NCBI GenBank assembly: GCA_963834375.1
Contig: CAWIBM010000002.1
Span: 972,919 to 1,036,918 of the forward strand
From: an uncultured Acidimicrobiia bacterium
GTDB lineage: Bacteria > Actinomycetota > Acidimicrobiia > Spongiisociales > UBA5794
Reading direction: 5' to 3'
DNA: 64,000 nucleotides
In this document: positions 43,235 to 53,315 of the stretch, one piece after another
Position numbering within the stretch: position 1 is the stretch's first letter
Layout of the letters: each line of letters opens with the position of its first letter
Program-made: the position numbers and the translations under genes
Notes under the pieces: generated by a model
Told to the model about the DNA's origin: nothing
The model's database searches: none
What the model saw: only the letters and a program-made list of their open reading frames with translations

Positions 43235-43915
43235 GTGTCAGGCACCATGGCGGCGACCAGAGTGGTGACCACCTCCATGACCGGCGCGGGACCGCTCAGG
43301 TCGCCCACCTGGCCGGGCGAGGTCACTTCGTTGGTCCCCGGCTCCGGGCAGGTGGTGGGGTTGCGGGGCGTAGCCGGCATGGGGCTCACCCGGCTGGGGC
43401 TGTCGCTGGTGGCCGGCGCCGCTCCCGCGGGGATGATCGCCTGCGTCGACGTGCGGGGCTGGCTGTGCCCGGCGGCGGCCTGGGAGGTGGGGATCGACCG
43501 CGACCGCCTGGTGGTGGTGCGCTGTGACGACCCGGTCACCTGGAGCCGGGTGGTTGCCGGGCTGCTCGACGGGATGGGTGCCGTCTACGCCGAGGTGCCC
43601 CGCCGGGTGCCGGATGCCCCGCTGCGCACCCTGGCCGGGACGGTGCGGCGCCGGGGCACCCCGCTGGTGCTCAACCCGCTGTCCGGGGAATTGCCCGGCG
43701 GGGTGGCCCAACTCACGTTGGAGGGGCGCCGGGTGGTCTGGGAGGGGACCGAGGCGGGTCATGGCCGCTTGGCACGCCGGCGGTTGGTGCTGGAGGCGTC
43801 TGGGAAGGCGGTCAGGGGGATGACCCGGATCATCGAGATGGAGGACCATGGAGCGGACGCTCTGCGTGTGGTACCCGGACTGGGCGCTGCGCCGGCCCGA
43901 CACGCCGCCGGGTGA
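43235..43915 (+). CDS. imuA': ImuA' (RecA-fold mutasome component)
   Basis: 226-aa ORF immediately upstream of an imuB homologue and behind a LexA box. RecA-like 'GLRGVAGMGLTRLGLSLVAGAAPAGMIACVD'. Confidence 0.65.
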   Translation: MSGTMAATRVVTTSMTGAGPLRSPTWPGEVTSLVPGSGQVVGLRGVAGMGLTRLGLSLVAGAAPAGMIACVDVRGWLCPAAAWEVGIDRDRLVVVRCDDPVTWSRVVAGLLDGMGAVYAEVPRRVPDAPLRTLAGTVRRRGTPLVLNPLSGELPGGVAQLTLEGRRVVWEGTEAGHGRLARRRLVLEASGKAVRGMTRIIEMEDHGADALRVVPGLGAAPARHAAG

Positions 43916-45329
43916 GCCCGCCCAGGCGATCGGCTCCGACCACCGGGTGGTGGCGGTCAACCGGGAGGCTGCCCTCGGCGGGGTGACCGTTGGGATGCGC
44001 CGCCGTCAGGCCGAGGCCCTGTGCCCGGCGGTCCGTACCCTGGTGAGCGATCCCACCGACGAGGCGATCAGGTTCGAGCCGGTGGTGCGGGCGATCGAGG
44101 GCCTGATCCCCAGGGTCGAGGTGGTGCAACCCGGGCTGCTGCTGGCGCCGGTCACCGGGGCGGTCCGCTACTACGGCGACGAGTGGTCGATGGTGGCCAG
44201 GGTGGTGGAAGCCATCGAGGCGGTGGCCGGGCCTGGCCACAGGATCGGGCTCGCCGCCGGCCCCTTCGCCGCCCGTTGCGCCGCCGAGATGGCGGTGGGG
44301 GAGCCGCTGGTGGTCGAGGACGACCACGACTTCCTCCGCTCGCTGGACGTGGCATCGCTGGGTCGGGAGGAACTGGCCGCCACCTTCCGCTGGCTGGGGA
44401 TCACCACCTTGGGTCAGCTCGCCGACCTGCCTCGCCAGGCGATGGTGTCGCGCTTCGGCGCCGAGGGGCTGGATGCGCACCGATTGGCCCGGGGTGAGGA
44501 TCGACCTCCGCGACCCAGACAGGTACCGGTCGACCTGGGGGTCGAGGAGGTGTTCGACCCTCCGATCGACAACCTCGACCGGGCGGCCTTCGCCGGCAGG
44601 GCACTGGCCCACCGGCTGCTGGCCGGGGCCGGCCGCCAGGGGTCGACCCCGTTCCGCGTCGACGTCGAGGCGGAGTCTGCCGCCGGTGTCATCCGATCGT
44701 GTGTCTGGCGCAGCCCGGACCCGTTCGATGAGGCGTCGTTGAGCGACCGGGTGCGCTGGCAGCTGGCCGCCTGGCTCGACGAGACCAGAAGGGGTGACGG
44801 GCCGGGTATCGAGGGTGGAGTGGTGCGACTGCGGCTGACCCCGGCAGACCTCTCCGACGAAGGGCGCCAGCTCGCCCTCGACGAGGACGCCGGGCGCGAC
44901 GCCCACTCCCGGCGCACCCTGGTGCAGACCCAGGCGCTGGTGGGCCAGGACCAGGTGCGGGTTGCCCGTCCCCAGGGCGGGCGGGACCCGGGCGACCGGG
45001 TGTCGTGGGCACGCTGGGACGACCCGCCCGCCTCCCCGGCCCGTGACCCCGCAGATCCGTGGCCAGGGGCGATCCCGGCACCGTCGCCCGCCCTGGTCCC
45101 CGACACCGCTACCCGTTTGGTGGTCGAGTGGGACGGGGGGATGCCGGAACGGGTTCGGCTGGGCAGTCGTTGGGAACCGGTGCTGTCATGGGCTGGCCCA
45201 TGGCGCCGGACCGGCCGCTGGTGGAGCGGCGAGCCCCCTGCCGACCGCTACCAGATCGTCACCTCGGCCGGAGCCTTCCTCTGCGAGGTGAGGGACGGGA
45301 CCACCTACCTCACCGGCATCTACGACTGA
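43848..45329 (+). CDS. imuB: ImuB (catalytically inactive Y-family polymerase homologue)
   Basis: 'MERTLCVWYPDWALRRP...' is the characteristic ImuB N-terminus. 493 aa. Confidence 0.75.
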   Translation: MERTLCVWYPDWALRRPDTPPGEPAQAIGSDHRVVAVNREAALGGVTVGMRRRQAEALCPAVRTLVSDPTDEAIRFEPVVRAIEGLIPRVEVVQPGLLLAPVTGAVRYYGDEWSMVARVVEAIEAVAGPGHRIGLAAGPFAARCAAEMAVGEPLVVEDDHDFLRSLDVASLGREELAATFRWLGITTLGQLADLPRQAMVSRFGAEGLDAHRLARGEDRPPRPRQVPVDLGVEEVFDPPIDNLDRAAFAGRALAHRLLAGAGRQGSTPFRVDVEAESAAGVIRSCVWRSPDPFDEASLSDRVRWQLAAWLDETRRGDGPGIEGGVVRLRLTPADLSDEGRQLALDEDAGRDAHSRRTLVQTQALVGQDQVRVARPQGGRDPGDRVSWARWDDPPASPARDPADPWPGAIPAPSPALVPDTATRLVVEWDGGMPERVRLGSRWEPVLSWAGPWRRTGRWWSGEPPADRYQIVTSAGAFLCEVRDGTTYLTGIYD

Positions 45330-45338
45330 TCTCACTTT

Positions 45339-45427
45339 CATGGCTCTTCGGCTGACGCCTCATCGCAGTGCAATGGGGGACCCCCAACCCCCATCGCCGA
45401 GTCTCCGCCTGACGGCGTAGCCTCTGT
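45339..45427 (+). ncRNA. ~90-nt conserved structured 5'-leader element, copy B (~93% identical to the reverse complement of 11303-11396)
   Basis: Direct comparison gives 5 substitutions and 1 indel over ~90 nt. It ends ~24 nt before the RBS (GAGGAG) and GTG of the STAND-cyclase gene. ncRNA is the closest schema type; regulatory RNA versus DNA operator is unresolved. Confidence 0.55.
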
Positions 45428-45450
45428 TTCTCCTCCTCCCAGGATGAGGA

Positions 45451-48318
45451 GTGGCCGGCAGTCGGGGCGTAGAAGACAGGAAACCTCGTAACCTGCCCGC
45501 CGTGCTCGTCGAGAGGGACCGGCAACTCGACCAGATGGCCGCGGTTGCCGGTCAGGCCGGAGACGGCCGCGGCGGCGTCGTGCTGGTGAGTGGCGAAGCC
45601 GGGATCGGCAAGACGACCGTGGTCAACGAGTTCCTGGCTCGCCACCGCGGAGCGGTCGTCCTGTGGGGGTCCTGCGAGGACCTGGCCACCCCACGCACGT
45701 TCGGTCCGTTGCACGACATGGCGCGGCATGATCCAGGCCTTCTCGCCGCCTTGCGCGACGGGAGCCACCTCGACGTCTACGAGGCGTTGGTCGCCGCCCT
45801 GTCTCCTCCCACCGGCCTGGCGGTGGCGGTGATCGAGGACGCCCACTGGGCCGACCAGGCAACCATCGATGCCATCCGCTACGTCGGGCGCCGCGCCGCC
45901 CACGGCCACGGCGTGCTGGTGGTCACCGCACGCACCGAGGCGTTGGTGGGAGATCATCCGCTCCGCCTTGCGTTCGGTGGGATCCCGCCGGGCTCGGTGG
46001 TGAGGATCGAGCTGCCGGCGCTGACCCGAGAAGGCGTGGTGGCGCTGGCGGGCGACCACCCGGTCGACGAGGTGCTCGCCATCACCGGCGGCAATCCCTT
46101 CTTCGTGACCGAACTACTCGACAGCGGCCTCGACCTGCCGCGCAGCGTGGTCGACTCGACCCTGGCTCGGGCGGCGGACCTGTCGCCGTCGACCCGGGAC
46201 GTGCTCTCCGTGGTCGCCGTGGTACCTGGCGAGACGGAGCGGACGATGGTCGACGCCCTCGAGCTCGATCTCCCGGCTGCCCTGGCCGAGGCAGAGCCTG
46301 CGGGGCTCATCCTCACCACGACCACGGCGATCCGGTTTCGCCATGAGCTGGCGCGCCGGGCCTACGAGGCGTCGCTGGCCTCCGACCGTCGCCGTGACGA
46401 GAACCGGCGGGTGTTCACCCACCTCGAGGGCACCGACGCCGATCCCGCCCGGCTCGTCCACCACGCCGAGCAGGCCGGGATGCTCGACGGGGTCGCCCGC
46501 TGGGCGCCGGTGGCGGGACGTGAGGCGGCGGCCGTCGGCGCCCATAGGCAAGCGGTTGAGCACCTGCAACGCGCCGGCATCGTCCTCGATCGCTACCCGC
46601 TGGAGGAGCAGGCGTCCCTGCTCGAGCTCCTGACGTGGGAGCTATACGTCCTGGGTCGGTTCGGCGCCGCCCGCCATCCGTCGGAGCGGGCGGTCGCCAT
46701 CAGGGAGCAGCTCGGGGAACCCGCCGCCAGAGGCAACGCCCTCCGGCTCCTGTCGAGGGTCCACTGGGTACGCGGCGAGCGTCACGAGGCCGACCGGCGT
46801 GCCGAGGAGGCGATCGCCGTTCTCGAGCCGCTGGGTGAGAGCCGGGATCTCGCCATGGCCTACTCGACCCGTTCCCAGCTGGCGATGCTCAGCGCCGAGG
46901 ACGAGGAGGCGATCCGCTGGGGCACCGTCGCCGTCGACATGGGACGGCGCGTTGGTGACCCACAGGCGCTCACCCACGCCCTCAACAACGTGGGGACGGC
47001 GCAGGCGCACCAAACCGATTCCGCGGAGGGGATCGAGCTCATCGTGCAGGCTCGCCGCATGGCGATCGACAACGGGCTGGACGAGGACGCCGTCCGGGCG
47101 TGGACCAACGAGGTGTGGAGCCTGCTCCGGTCCCACCGCAATCAGGAGACCGGCCCGCTTCTGGAAGAGGCGATCGGATTCGCCCACGACCGGCAGCAGG
47201 ACGGGTTCGAGGCCTACCTGACCGCCACCCGCTCGATGCACCGGCTCGCCGTCGGTGACTGGGACGGAGCCGAGTCCGACGTTCTCTGGGTCCTCCAGCA
47301 GCCCGCGGTGTCCGGGACCAGCGACTTTCCGGCGGCGAGCACCTGGGGCACCCTGCTCGCCCGACGTGGGGAGTTCGCCGAGGCCCGGGACGTCCTCGAC
47401 GCCGGCTGGGAACGGGCCGTCGAGACCCTCGAGCTGCAGCGGACCCTTCCGATCGCCACCGGGATCGCCGAGCTGGCGTGGCTCGAGGGGCGTCCCCTGG
47501 ATGGCATGTATGCGTTCAGCCAGATCTCCGACGACCTCGCCGCTCGAGGCACCTCATGGGAGCGGGCGGAGGTGGCGATGCTCCAGCGGCGGGCCGGGCT
47601 CGAGACCCCGGCTCCCCTCGACGTGCCGGAGCCGTACCGGCACTGGTTCGACGGCGACCACCGGGCGGCGGCGGAGGCGTGGCGCAGCATCGGCGAGCCG
47701 TATGCCGCCGCCTCCGCCCTGGCCGACTCGGGCGGGATCCAGGACCTCGAAGAGGCGGTCGAGGTCATGGAACGACTGGGTGCGGTGGCGGCGGCCGCTC
47801 GCGCCGCCGCCGATCTGGAGCAGGCGAAGGCGCGACGTCGCCGGCTCGCCACGGTGCTGTTCACCGACGTTGTCGGGTCGACCGAGATGGCGGCTCGGAT
47901 GGGAGACGACTCATGGCGCCGGTTGCTCGACGAGCACGACGCCACCACCGCCCGGGTGGTGGCACGCCACGGGGGCCGGGTGGTGAGCGGGACCGGCGAC
48001 GGTGCGATGGCGAGCTTCGAGTCCCCGTCATCGGCCATCGACGCCGCCGTGGAGCTGGTCCGGGAGCTATCCGGCGCCGGGGTCACCATCCGCGCCGGTC
48101 TCCACACCGGGGAGGTCGTTCCCCGCGGCGACGACATCGGTGGGATGGCGGTGCACATCGCCGCTCGCGTCGGGGCGGAGGCGGGTGCGGGCCAGGTGCT
48201 GGTGTCCAGCACCACCCGCGACCTGGTGGTGGGCGGCGCTCGGACCCTGACCGACGTGGGCACTCGCCGGCTCAAGGGCGTGGCCGACGAGTGGCTCCTC
48301 TACGAGGTGTCCGGCTGA
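45451..48318 (+). CDS. STAND-type P-loop ATPase / TPR-like helical array / C-terminal class III nucleotidyl cyclase (CHD) fusion
   Basis: Intact 955 aa. Walker A 'GEAGIGKTT', Walker B 'LAVAVIEDAHWAD', a long helical-repeat middle, and C-terminal 'LATVLFTDVVGSTE...GTGDGAMASF...IAARV...LKG'. Confidence 0.8.
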   Translation: MAGSRGVEDRKPRNLPAVLVERDRQLDQMAAVAGQAGDGRGGVVLVSGEAGIGKTTVVNEFLARHRGAVVLWGSCEDLATPRTFGPLHDMARHDPGLLAALRDGSHLDVYEALVAALSPPTGLAVAVIEDAHWADQATIDAIRYVGRRAAHGHGVLVVTARTEALVGDHPLRLAFGGIPPGSVVRIELPALTREGVVALAGDHPVDEVLAITGGNPFFVTELLDSGLDLPRSVVDSTLARAADLSPSTRDVLSVVAVVPGETERTMVDALELDLPAALAEAEPAGLILTTTTAIRFRHELARRAYEASLASDRRRDENRRVFTHLEGTDADPARLVHHAEQAGMLDGVARWAPVAGREAAAVGAHRQAVEHLQRAGIVLDRYPLEEQASLLELLTWELYVLGRFGAARHPSERAVAIREQLGEPAARGNALRLLSRVHWVRGERHEADRRAEEAIAVLEPLGESRDLAMAYSTRSQLAMLSAEDEEAIRWGTVAVDMGRRVGDPQALTHALNNVGTAQAHQTDSAEGIELIVQARRMAIDNGLDEDAVRAWTNEVWSLLRSHRNQETGPLLEEAIGFAHDRQQDGFEAYLTATRSMHRLAVGDWDGAESDVLWVLQQPAVSGTSDFPAASTWGTLLARRGEFAEARDVLDAGWERAVETLELQRTLPIATGIAELAWLEGRPLDGMYAFSQISDDLAARGTSWERAEVAMLQRRAGLETPAPLDVPEPYRHWFDGDHRAAAEAWRSIGEPYAAASALADSGGIQDLEEAVEVMERLGAVAAAARAAADLEQAKARRRRLATVLFTDVVGSTEMAARMGDDSWRRLLDEHDATTARVVARHGGRVVSGTGDGAMASFESPSSAIDAAVELVRELSGAGVTIRAGLHTGEVVPRGDDIGGMAVHIAARVGAEAGAGQVLVSSTTRDLVVGGARTLTDVGTRRLKGVADEWLLYEVSG

Positions 48319-48322
48319 GCCG

Positions 48323-49060
48323 TCAGCCGATGGTGCCGATTGGGAGGGCGGAGGCGACGGCGGCGTGTACCCGGTTCCTCAAGTCGTTGATGTCGAGCAA
48401 CGTGAGCTCGGAGGTCGGGATCGGCTCATGGACGGTGGCCGTTGCCCGAGACGGGTACACCAGCTTGGAGCCGGGCGGCCACGCCTCCCACGTCCCGTGG
48501 ATGGTGACCGGCACCACCGGCAGGTCGTTGGCGATGGCGATGCGGAACGCGCCCTTCTTGAACTCGGCCAGTACGCCGTTGTCGCTGCGGGTGCCCTCGG
48601 GGAACACGATGATCGAGTGCCCGCGGCCCTTGGCCTCGGCGACGCCCTGGTTGATCTGGGCATGGGCGGCCGAGGATGCCTGCCGGTCGGTCTCGATGAT
48701 GCCGATGCGCCGCATCGCCTGCGCCAGCACCGGGATGCTGAACAGCTCCTTCTTGGCGAGGAACCGGATCGGCACCGGGGCGGTCAGCAGCATGACCGGG
48801 ATGTCGTAGTTGGACAGGTGATTGGCGGCGAACACGTATTGCCGGTTCGGGTCGATCCGGTCCCGACCCTCGATCTGGAGGTGCACCGGGGCGGTGCCCA
48901 GGAACAGCCGGCTCCACAGGCGGATGGTGGACTCGATGAGCCGGCTGTCCTTGTCGACCAGCGAGAGGATCAACACCACGGCAGCGAAGACCAGGGTGAA
49001 GGCGAGGAACGGCCCGAGGAGCAACACGGTGCGCAACCCGGGGAGGAGTCGGCGGTTCAC
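48323..49060 (-). CDS. plsC: 1-acyl-sn-glycerol-3-phosphate acyltransferase
   Basis: 'FAANHLSNYDIPVML' (HxxxxD variant NHxxxxD) and 'IVFPEGTRS'. Confidence 0.85.
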   Translation of the reverse strand: MNRRLLPGLRTVLLLGPFLAFTLVFAAVVLILSLVDKDSRLIESTIRLWSRLFLGTAPVHLQIEGRDRIDPNRQYVFAANHLSNYDIPVMLLTAPVPIRFLAKKELFSIPVLAQAMRRIGIIETDRQASSAAHAQINQGVAEAKGRGHSIIVFPEGTRSDNGVLAEFKKGAFRIAIANDLPVVPVTIHGTWEAWPPGSKLVYPSRATATVHEPIPTSELTLLDINDLRNRVHAAVASALPIGTIG

Positions 49061-49094
49061 CCGGCTAAGTTACCCCACTGCCCGGAGGCTCTCT

Positions 49095-50276
49095 ATTCGG
49101 CCCATCACGCAGTTGCAGGCGCGTAGCCACGCCCTCGCCGCCCAAGGCTTCGGCGTTCCCCGACCAGCGGGGCGGATCGACGTGCGCCACTTCAGGCGGC
49201 TGTTCGACACGGTGGGCCTCCTCCAGCTCGACTCGGTGAACGTCCTCACCAGGGCCCACTACCTACCCGCGTTCTCCCGGCTCGGGCCCTACGACCGGGA
49301 GGCTCTCGACCAGTACACCGTGGCCTCGGGCGAGGTGTTCGAGTACTGGGCGCACGTCGCCTCGCTGCTCCCCATCGACACCTTTCCCCTCTACCGCCAT
49401 TTCATGCAGGAGCAGCCGGAGTGGCGTGCCATCCGTCAGCTCGAGGCCGAGCACCCCGGCTACGTCGAGTCGGTGTACCAGGAGGTGGCGGAGCACGGCC
49501 CGCTGACGGTGTCGGACCTGGCGAACCCCGGCACCCGGACCGGCTCCTGGTGGGGCTCCGGCCGCGGCAAGCTGGCTCTCGAGTGGCTCGTGATCAGCGG
49601 ACGACTCGCCGCCTGGCGGGACCGCAGCTTCACCAGGGTGCACGACCTGCCCGAGCGGGTGTACCCGGCGGCGGCGCTGGCGGCCGAGGTGCCGGACCGC
49701 CAAGACGTCTACCGGGACCTGCTGCTGCGCGGCGCCCGCCACCACGGGATCGGGACCGCGGTAGACCTGTGCGACTACTACCGCATCCGCGTCCCCGAGG
49801 CGCGGCCCATCCTGGCGGAGCTCGTGGCGAACGGCGACCTGCAGCAGGTCGAGGTCGAAGGGTGGCGAGGGCCGGTGTACCTGCACCCCGAGTCGACTCC
49901 GTTGCGCCGGCCGCGCGGCACCACGCTACTCAGCCCGTTCGACCCGCTGGTGTGGCACCGCGACCGGACGGAGCGGCTGTTCGGGTTCTTCTACCGCATC
50001 GAGATCTACACGCCGAAGGAGAAGCGGGTCTACGGCTACTACACGTTGCCGTTCCTGCTCGACGGCGCCCTCGTGGGCAGGGTCGACCTCAAGGCGGATC
50101 GCAAGGGGTCCCGGTTGCTGGTGCAGGGAGCTCACGCCGAGGACGGCGTCGACCTCCGGCACGTGGCCGGTCGGCTGAGCACCGAGCTGGAGGCGATGGC
50201 TCGCTGGCTCGCCCTCGGTGAGATCTCGGTGGCGGCCAACGGGAACCTGGCCGGTCCGATCCGCACCGCCCTCTGA
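49095..50276 (+). CDS. YcaQ/AlkZ-family winged-helix DNA glycosylase (DUF1006)
   Basis: 'LQLDSVNVLTRAHYLPAFSRLGPYDREALDQY...GEVFEYWAHVASLLPID...' matches the HTH_42/YcaQ family. The start codon is uncertain. Confidence 0.65.
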   Translation: MRPITQLQARSHALAAQGFGVPRPAGRIDVRHFRRLFDTVGLLQLDSVNVLTRAHYLPAFSRLGPYDREALDQYTVASGEVFEYWAHVASLLPIDTFPLYRHFMQEQPEWRAIRQLEAEHPGYVESVYQEVAEHGPLTVSDLANPGTRTGSWWGSGRGKLALEWLVISGRLAAWRDRSFTRVHDLPERVYPAAALAAEVPDRQDVYRDLLLRGARHHGIGTAVDLCDYYRIRVPEARPILAELVANGDLQQVEVEGWRGPVYLHPESTPLRRPRGTTLLSPFDPLVWHRDRTERLFGFFYRIEIYTPKEKRVYGYYTLPFLLDGALVGRVDLKADRKGSRLLVQGAHAEDGVDLRHVAGRLSTELEAMARWLALGEISVAANGNLAGPIRTAL

Positions 50277-50294
50277 CCGGCGGGCGGTTTCGAT

Positions 50295-51596
50295 CAGAAG
50301 TCGAGGGACAGAATTCGACCCTGGGCGAAGGGGACCCTGGTGACCGACCCGCGCGACCAGTCGAGGAGGACCAGGTCCCCGGTCTCGTCGTCCTGGGCGG
50401 CCAGGTAGGCCCCGTCGCGGCTGAAGCCGATGGCTCGGTCGGCGTCGATCCTGGTGCGGACCAGGGCGTTGGAGAAGAGGCGGGAGGTGGTCGCCTCGAG
50501 GCGCCCGTCGTTCGCTGCTCACCATCGACACCGCGTTCCCGTCCGGGGTGAACACGAAGGCGATGCGCCGGGCGTCGACGTCGGCGTCGTCGACGAGGAA
50601 CTGGGCATTGGTCGGTTCCTGACCCGGTCCCAACACCGCGATCTTGGTCAAGTGGAGGTCGGGCTCGCCGACCGGAATGACCTCGCCGACGAAACCCAGC
50701 TGCCGGTCGGTGTACCCGGCGGCGAGGGCCGCCCGGTAGGCGGCTACCCGCGACTGGATCACCATCTCGCCGTTGGGGCCGACCTCGAGAGGGATCCCCG
50801 GGAGCGAGACCAGAGGACGCCCGGAAGGGCCGAGCAGCAACGTGACGTGGAGGAGCTCGCGGGCACTGGTGTCCTCGGTGCCCGGCACCGTCACCTCCCA
50901 CGCCCGGAGCGACGGCTCGACCCGGTGCGACAGGACGAATCCCCAATCCCCCCAGGCGACCAACTCGCTGCGGGGTGAGACCGGCTGCCGGTCGACGAGG
51001 TAGGAGACGTTCCCCAAGCTGCCCACCGTGGCGGTGAACAGGTGGTACCCGTCGGTGCCGGGCACGCGGCCGACGAAGGCTATGCGGCCGTCGTCGGCAG
51101 GATGCCAGGCGGCGCCGTGCACGTCGATGAAGGCGGGCACCACGCTGCCCCGGCGGCCGACCCACAGTGTCGGGGCGGCCTCGTCGGTAACCGTCATCAC
51201 CAGCCGCCCCATCGAGGACACCGAGGCGCCGGCGCTGTCCGCCCCCCAGGTCACCCCCGGTGAGGGGGCGCCGGAGGATGGGAACCACGCCGCCCAGGCA
51301 GTGGTGTCTTCGTCGGGGCGGTAGACGACCGACCGGACGCCGGCAAGGGCGGGTGGCGCCTCCAGCTCCGAGGGAGGCACCGTGGTGGTGGGAGGGGCGT
51401 CACCGGCGAGATCCGGGACCGTGGCGGCTGTCGGGTCACCCTGGGCATTCGTGTCGGCGGGGCTGTCGAACAACCCGACAGCGGTGAGCACCGCGATGGC
51501 CACCCCGACCGCGGCGATCGGGATCCACCGCCGGTCGGGTGGCTCGGGCAACCGGCTCCCGTCGGCGGTCGGCGCATCCGGGAGGACCGGCGGCAA
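50295..51596 (-). CDS. Membrane-anchored TolB-like beta-propeller protein, one apparent frameshift near 50520
   Basis: N-terminal TM 'RRWIPIAAVGVAIAVLTAVGLF', then repeats 'DGRIAFVG', 'RRIAFVFTPDGNAV' and, after a frame change, 'RAIGFSRDGAYLAA...LVLLDWSRGSV'. Confidence 0.55.
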
Positions 51597-51791
51597 CGTC
51601 CGAATCGGGCCCTGCTCCGTCGCTCCCTTTCATGGTCGAATGCTACCGGCGCACCGTCTCCACGAGCGCCGGGCGTCAGGTCGGTCCCCATCCGGGACCT
51701 CGACCCGACACCTCGAGGGCGATCGTTGGTCCCGCAACCCGCACCGCTATCGTGCCCGGACCAGGAAGCCGGCGAGAGGTGACCGAGAGGT

Positions 51792-52697
51792 TTGTTGGTG
51801 GACTACACCGACCGCGTGGCCGTGATCACCGGTGCCGGTGGCGGGCTTGGCCGCGAGCATGCTCTCCTGCTGGCTTCCTTGGGGGCCGCCGTGGTCGTCA
51901 ACGACGCCGGCGGCGACGTCCACGGAGCCGGTTCGGCAGTCGGGGCAGCGCAGGTCGTGGTCGATGAGATAGCCGCAGCCGGAGGCGTCGCCGTCGCCGA
52001 CGACCACTCCGTCGCCGACCCTGAAGGGGCGTCGGCGATCATCGAGCGGGCGGTCGCGGAGTTCGGGCGGGTCGACGTGGTGGTCAACAACGCCGGCATC
52101 CTGCGCGACAAGTCCTTCGCCAACCTGACCTGGCCCGATCTCGATGCCGTCATCGACGTGCACCTCAAGGGCGCCTTCCTCGTGACCCGGCCCGCCTTCC
52201 TCCACATGAAGGAGCAGGGGTACGGTCGCGTCGTGCTCACGTCGAGCGGCTCCGGGATCCTGGGCAACTTCGGCCAGTCCAACTACGGGGCCGCCAAGAT
52301 GGGCCTGGTCGGCATGATGAACGTGCTCAAGCTCGAGGGGGCGAGGTACGGGATCAACGTCAACGCGGTGGCACCCATCGCCGCCACCCGGATGACCGCC
52401 GACCTCCTCGGTGACTCGGCCTCACGGTTCCCCCCGTCCCAGGTGGCGCCGGCGGTCGCCTTCCTCGGCTCGGAGGCGTGCACCTTCACCGGCGAGGTCT
52501 GGTCGGTCGGTGGCGGGTCGGTGAGCCGTTTCTTCACCGGGCTCACCCCGGGGTGGTTCAAGCACCCGGACCGGGGTCCGATCACCGTCGACGAAGTCGT
52601 CGCCAACCTCGACCTCATCCGCGCCGAGTCGGGATACGCCGTGCCGTACTCGTCGGCCGACGAGTTCGTCAAGCTGGAGGCGCTCTTCAGTGGCTGA
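51792..52697 (+). CDS. SDR-family oxidoreductase
   Basis: 'VAVITGAGGGLGREHA', 'NNAGILRD', 'SSGSGILGNFGQSNYGAAKMG'. Confidence 0.85.
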   Translation: MLVDYTDRVAVITGAGGGLGREHALLLASLGAAVVVNDAGGDVHGAGSAVGAAQVVVDEIAAAGGVAVADDHSVADPEGASAIIERAVAEFGRVDVVVNNAGILRDKSFANLTWPDLDAVIDVHLKGAFLVTRPAFLHMKEQGYGRVVLTSSGSGILGNFGQSNYGAAKMGLVGMMNVLKLEGARYGINVNAVAPIAATRMTADLLGDSASRFPPSQVAPAVAFLGSEACTFTGEVWSVGGGSVSRFFTGLTPGWFKHPDRGPITVDEVVANLDLIRAESGYAVPYSSADEFVKLEALFSG

Positions 52698-53307
52698 CGA
52701 CCGGTCATCGATCGACGACACCGAAGGCTCGGTGATCCCGTTCGGCCCCGCCGCCGACAAGGCGGCGTGGCGGGCGTGGGCAAGGAGGGAGCGGGCAGGG
52801 CTCGACTGGGGATTCCTGTCCGAGGCGGTGCGCGCCGCCCTTCGCACATTCCCGCCGCTGCGACACAACGCCACCGTGCTCACCTACCTGCCCATGGACC
52901 AGGAGATCGACCTCGAACCGATGCTGGAGGGCGGGCTGCCGGTGCACTGGGTGGTCAGCCGGACCCCGGACGAGGGTCCGCTGACCATCCACGAGATCAC
53001 CCTGCCGTTGGAGTACAACCGCCTCGGGTTCCGTCAACCCAGGGAGAGCGCCCCATACGTCGACCCGCACAACGTCGACATCGTGCTCGTCCCGGGGCTC
53101 GCCTTCGACCTCTACGGCACCAGGCTCGGTCGGGGCCTCGGCTACTACGACGAGCTGCTGGGGCGGATGCGAGCCGGCACCGTTTTCGTCGGGGTCACGC
53201 CGGCGGCGCTGGTGGCCGACCGGCTGCCCTCCGACGACCACGACATCCCCGTCCACTGGCTGGCGTCCGACGAGGGCGTGGTCGGCGTGGCCAAGTCGGC
53301 CGGCTGA
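52690..53307 (+). CDS. 5-formyltetrahydrofolate cyclo-ligase
   Basis: 'DIVLVPGLAFDLYGTRLGRGLGYYDELL'. Confidence 0.8.
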   Translation: MADDRSSIDDTEGSVIPFGPAADKAAWRAWARRERAGLDWGFLSEAVRAALRTFPPLRHNATVLTYLPMDQEIDLEPMLEGGLPVHWVVSRTPDEGPLTIHEITLPLEYNRLGFRQPRESAPYVDPHNVDIVLVPGLAFDLYGTRLGRGLGYYDELLGRMRAGTVFVGVTPAALVADRLPSDDHDIPVHWLASDEGVVGVAKSAG

Positions 53308-53315
53308 CCGCTCTC

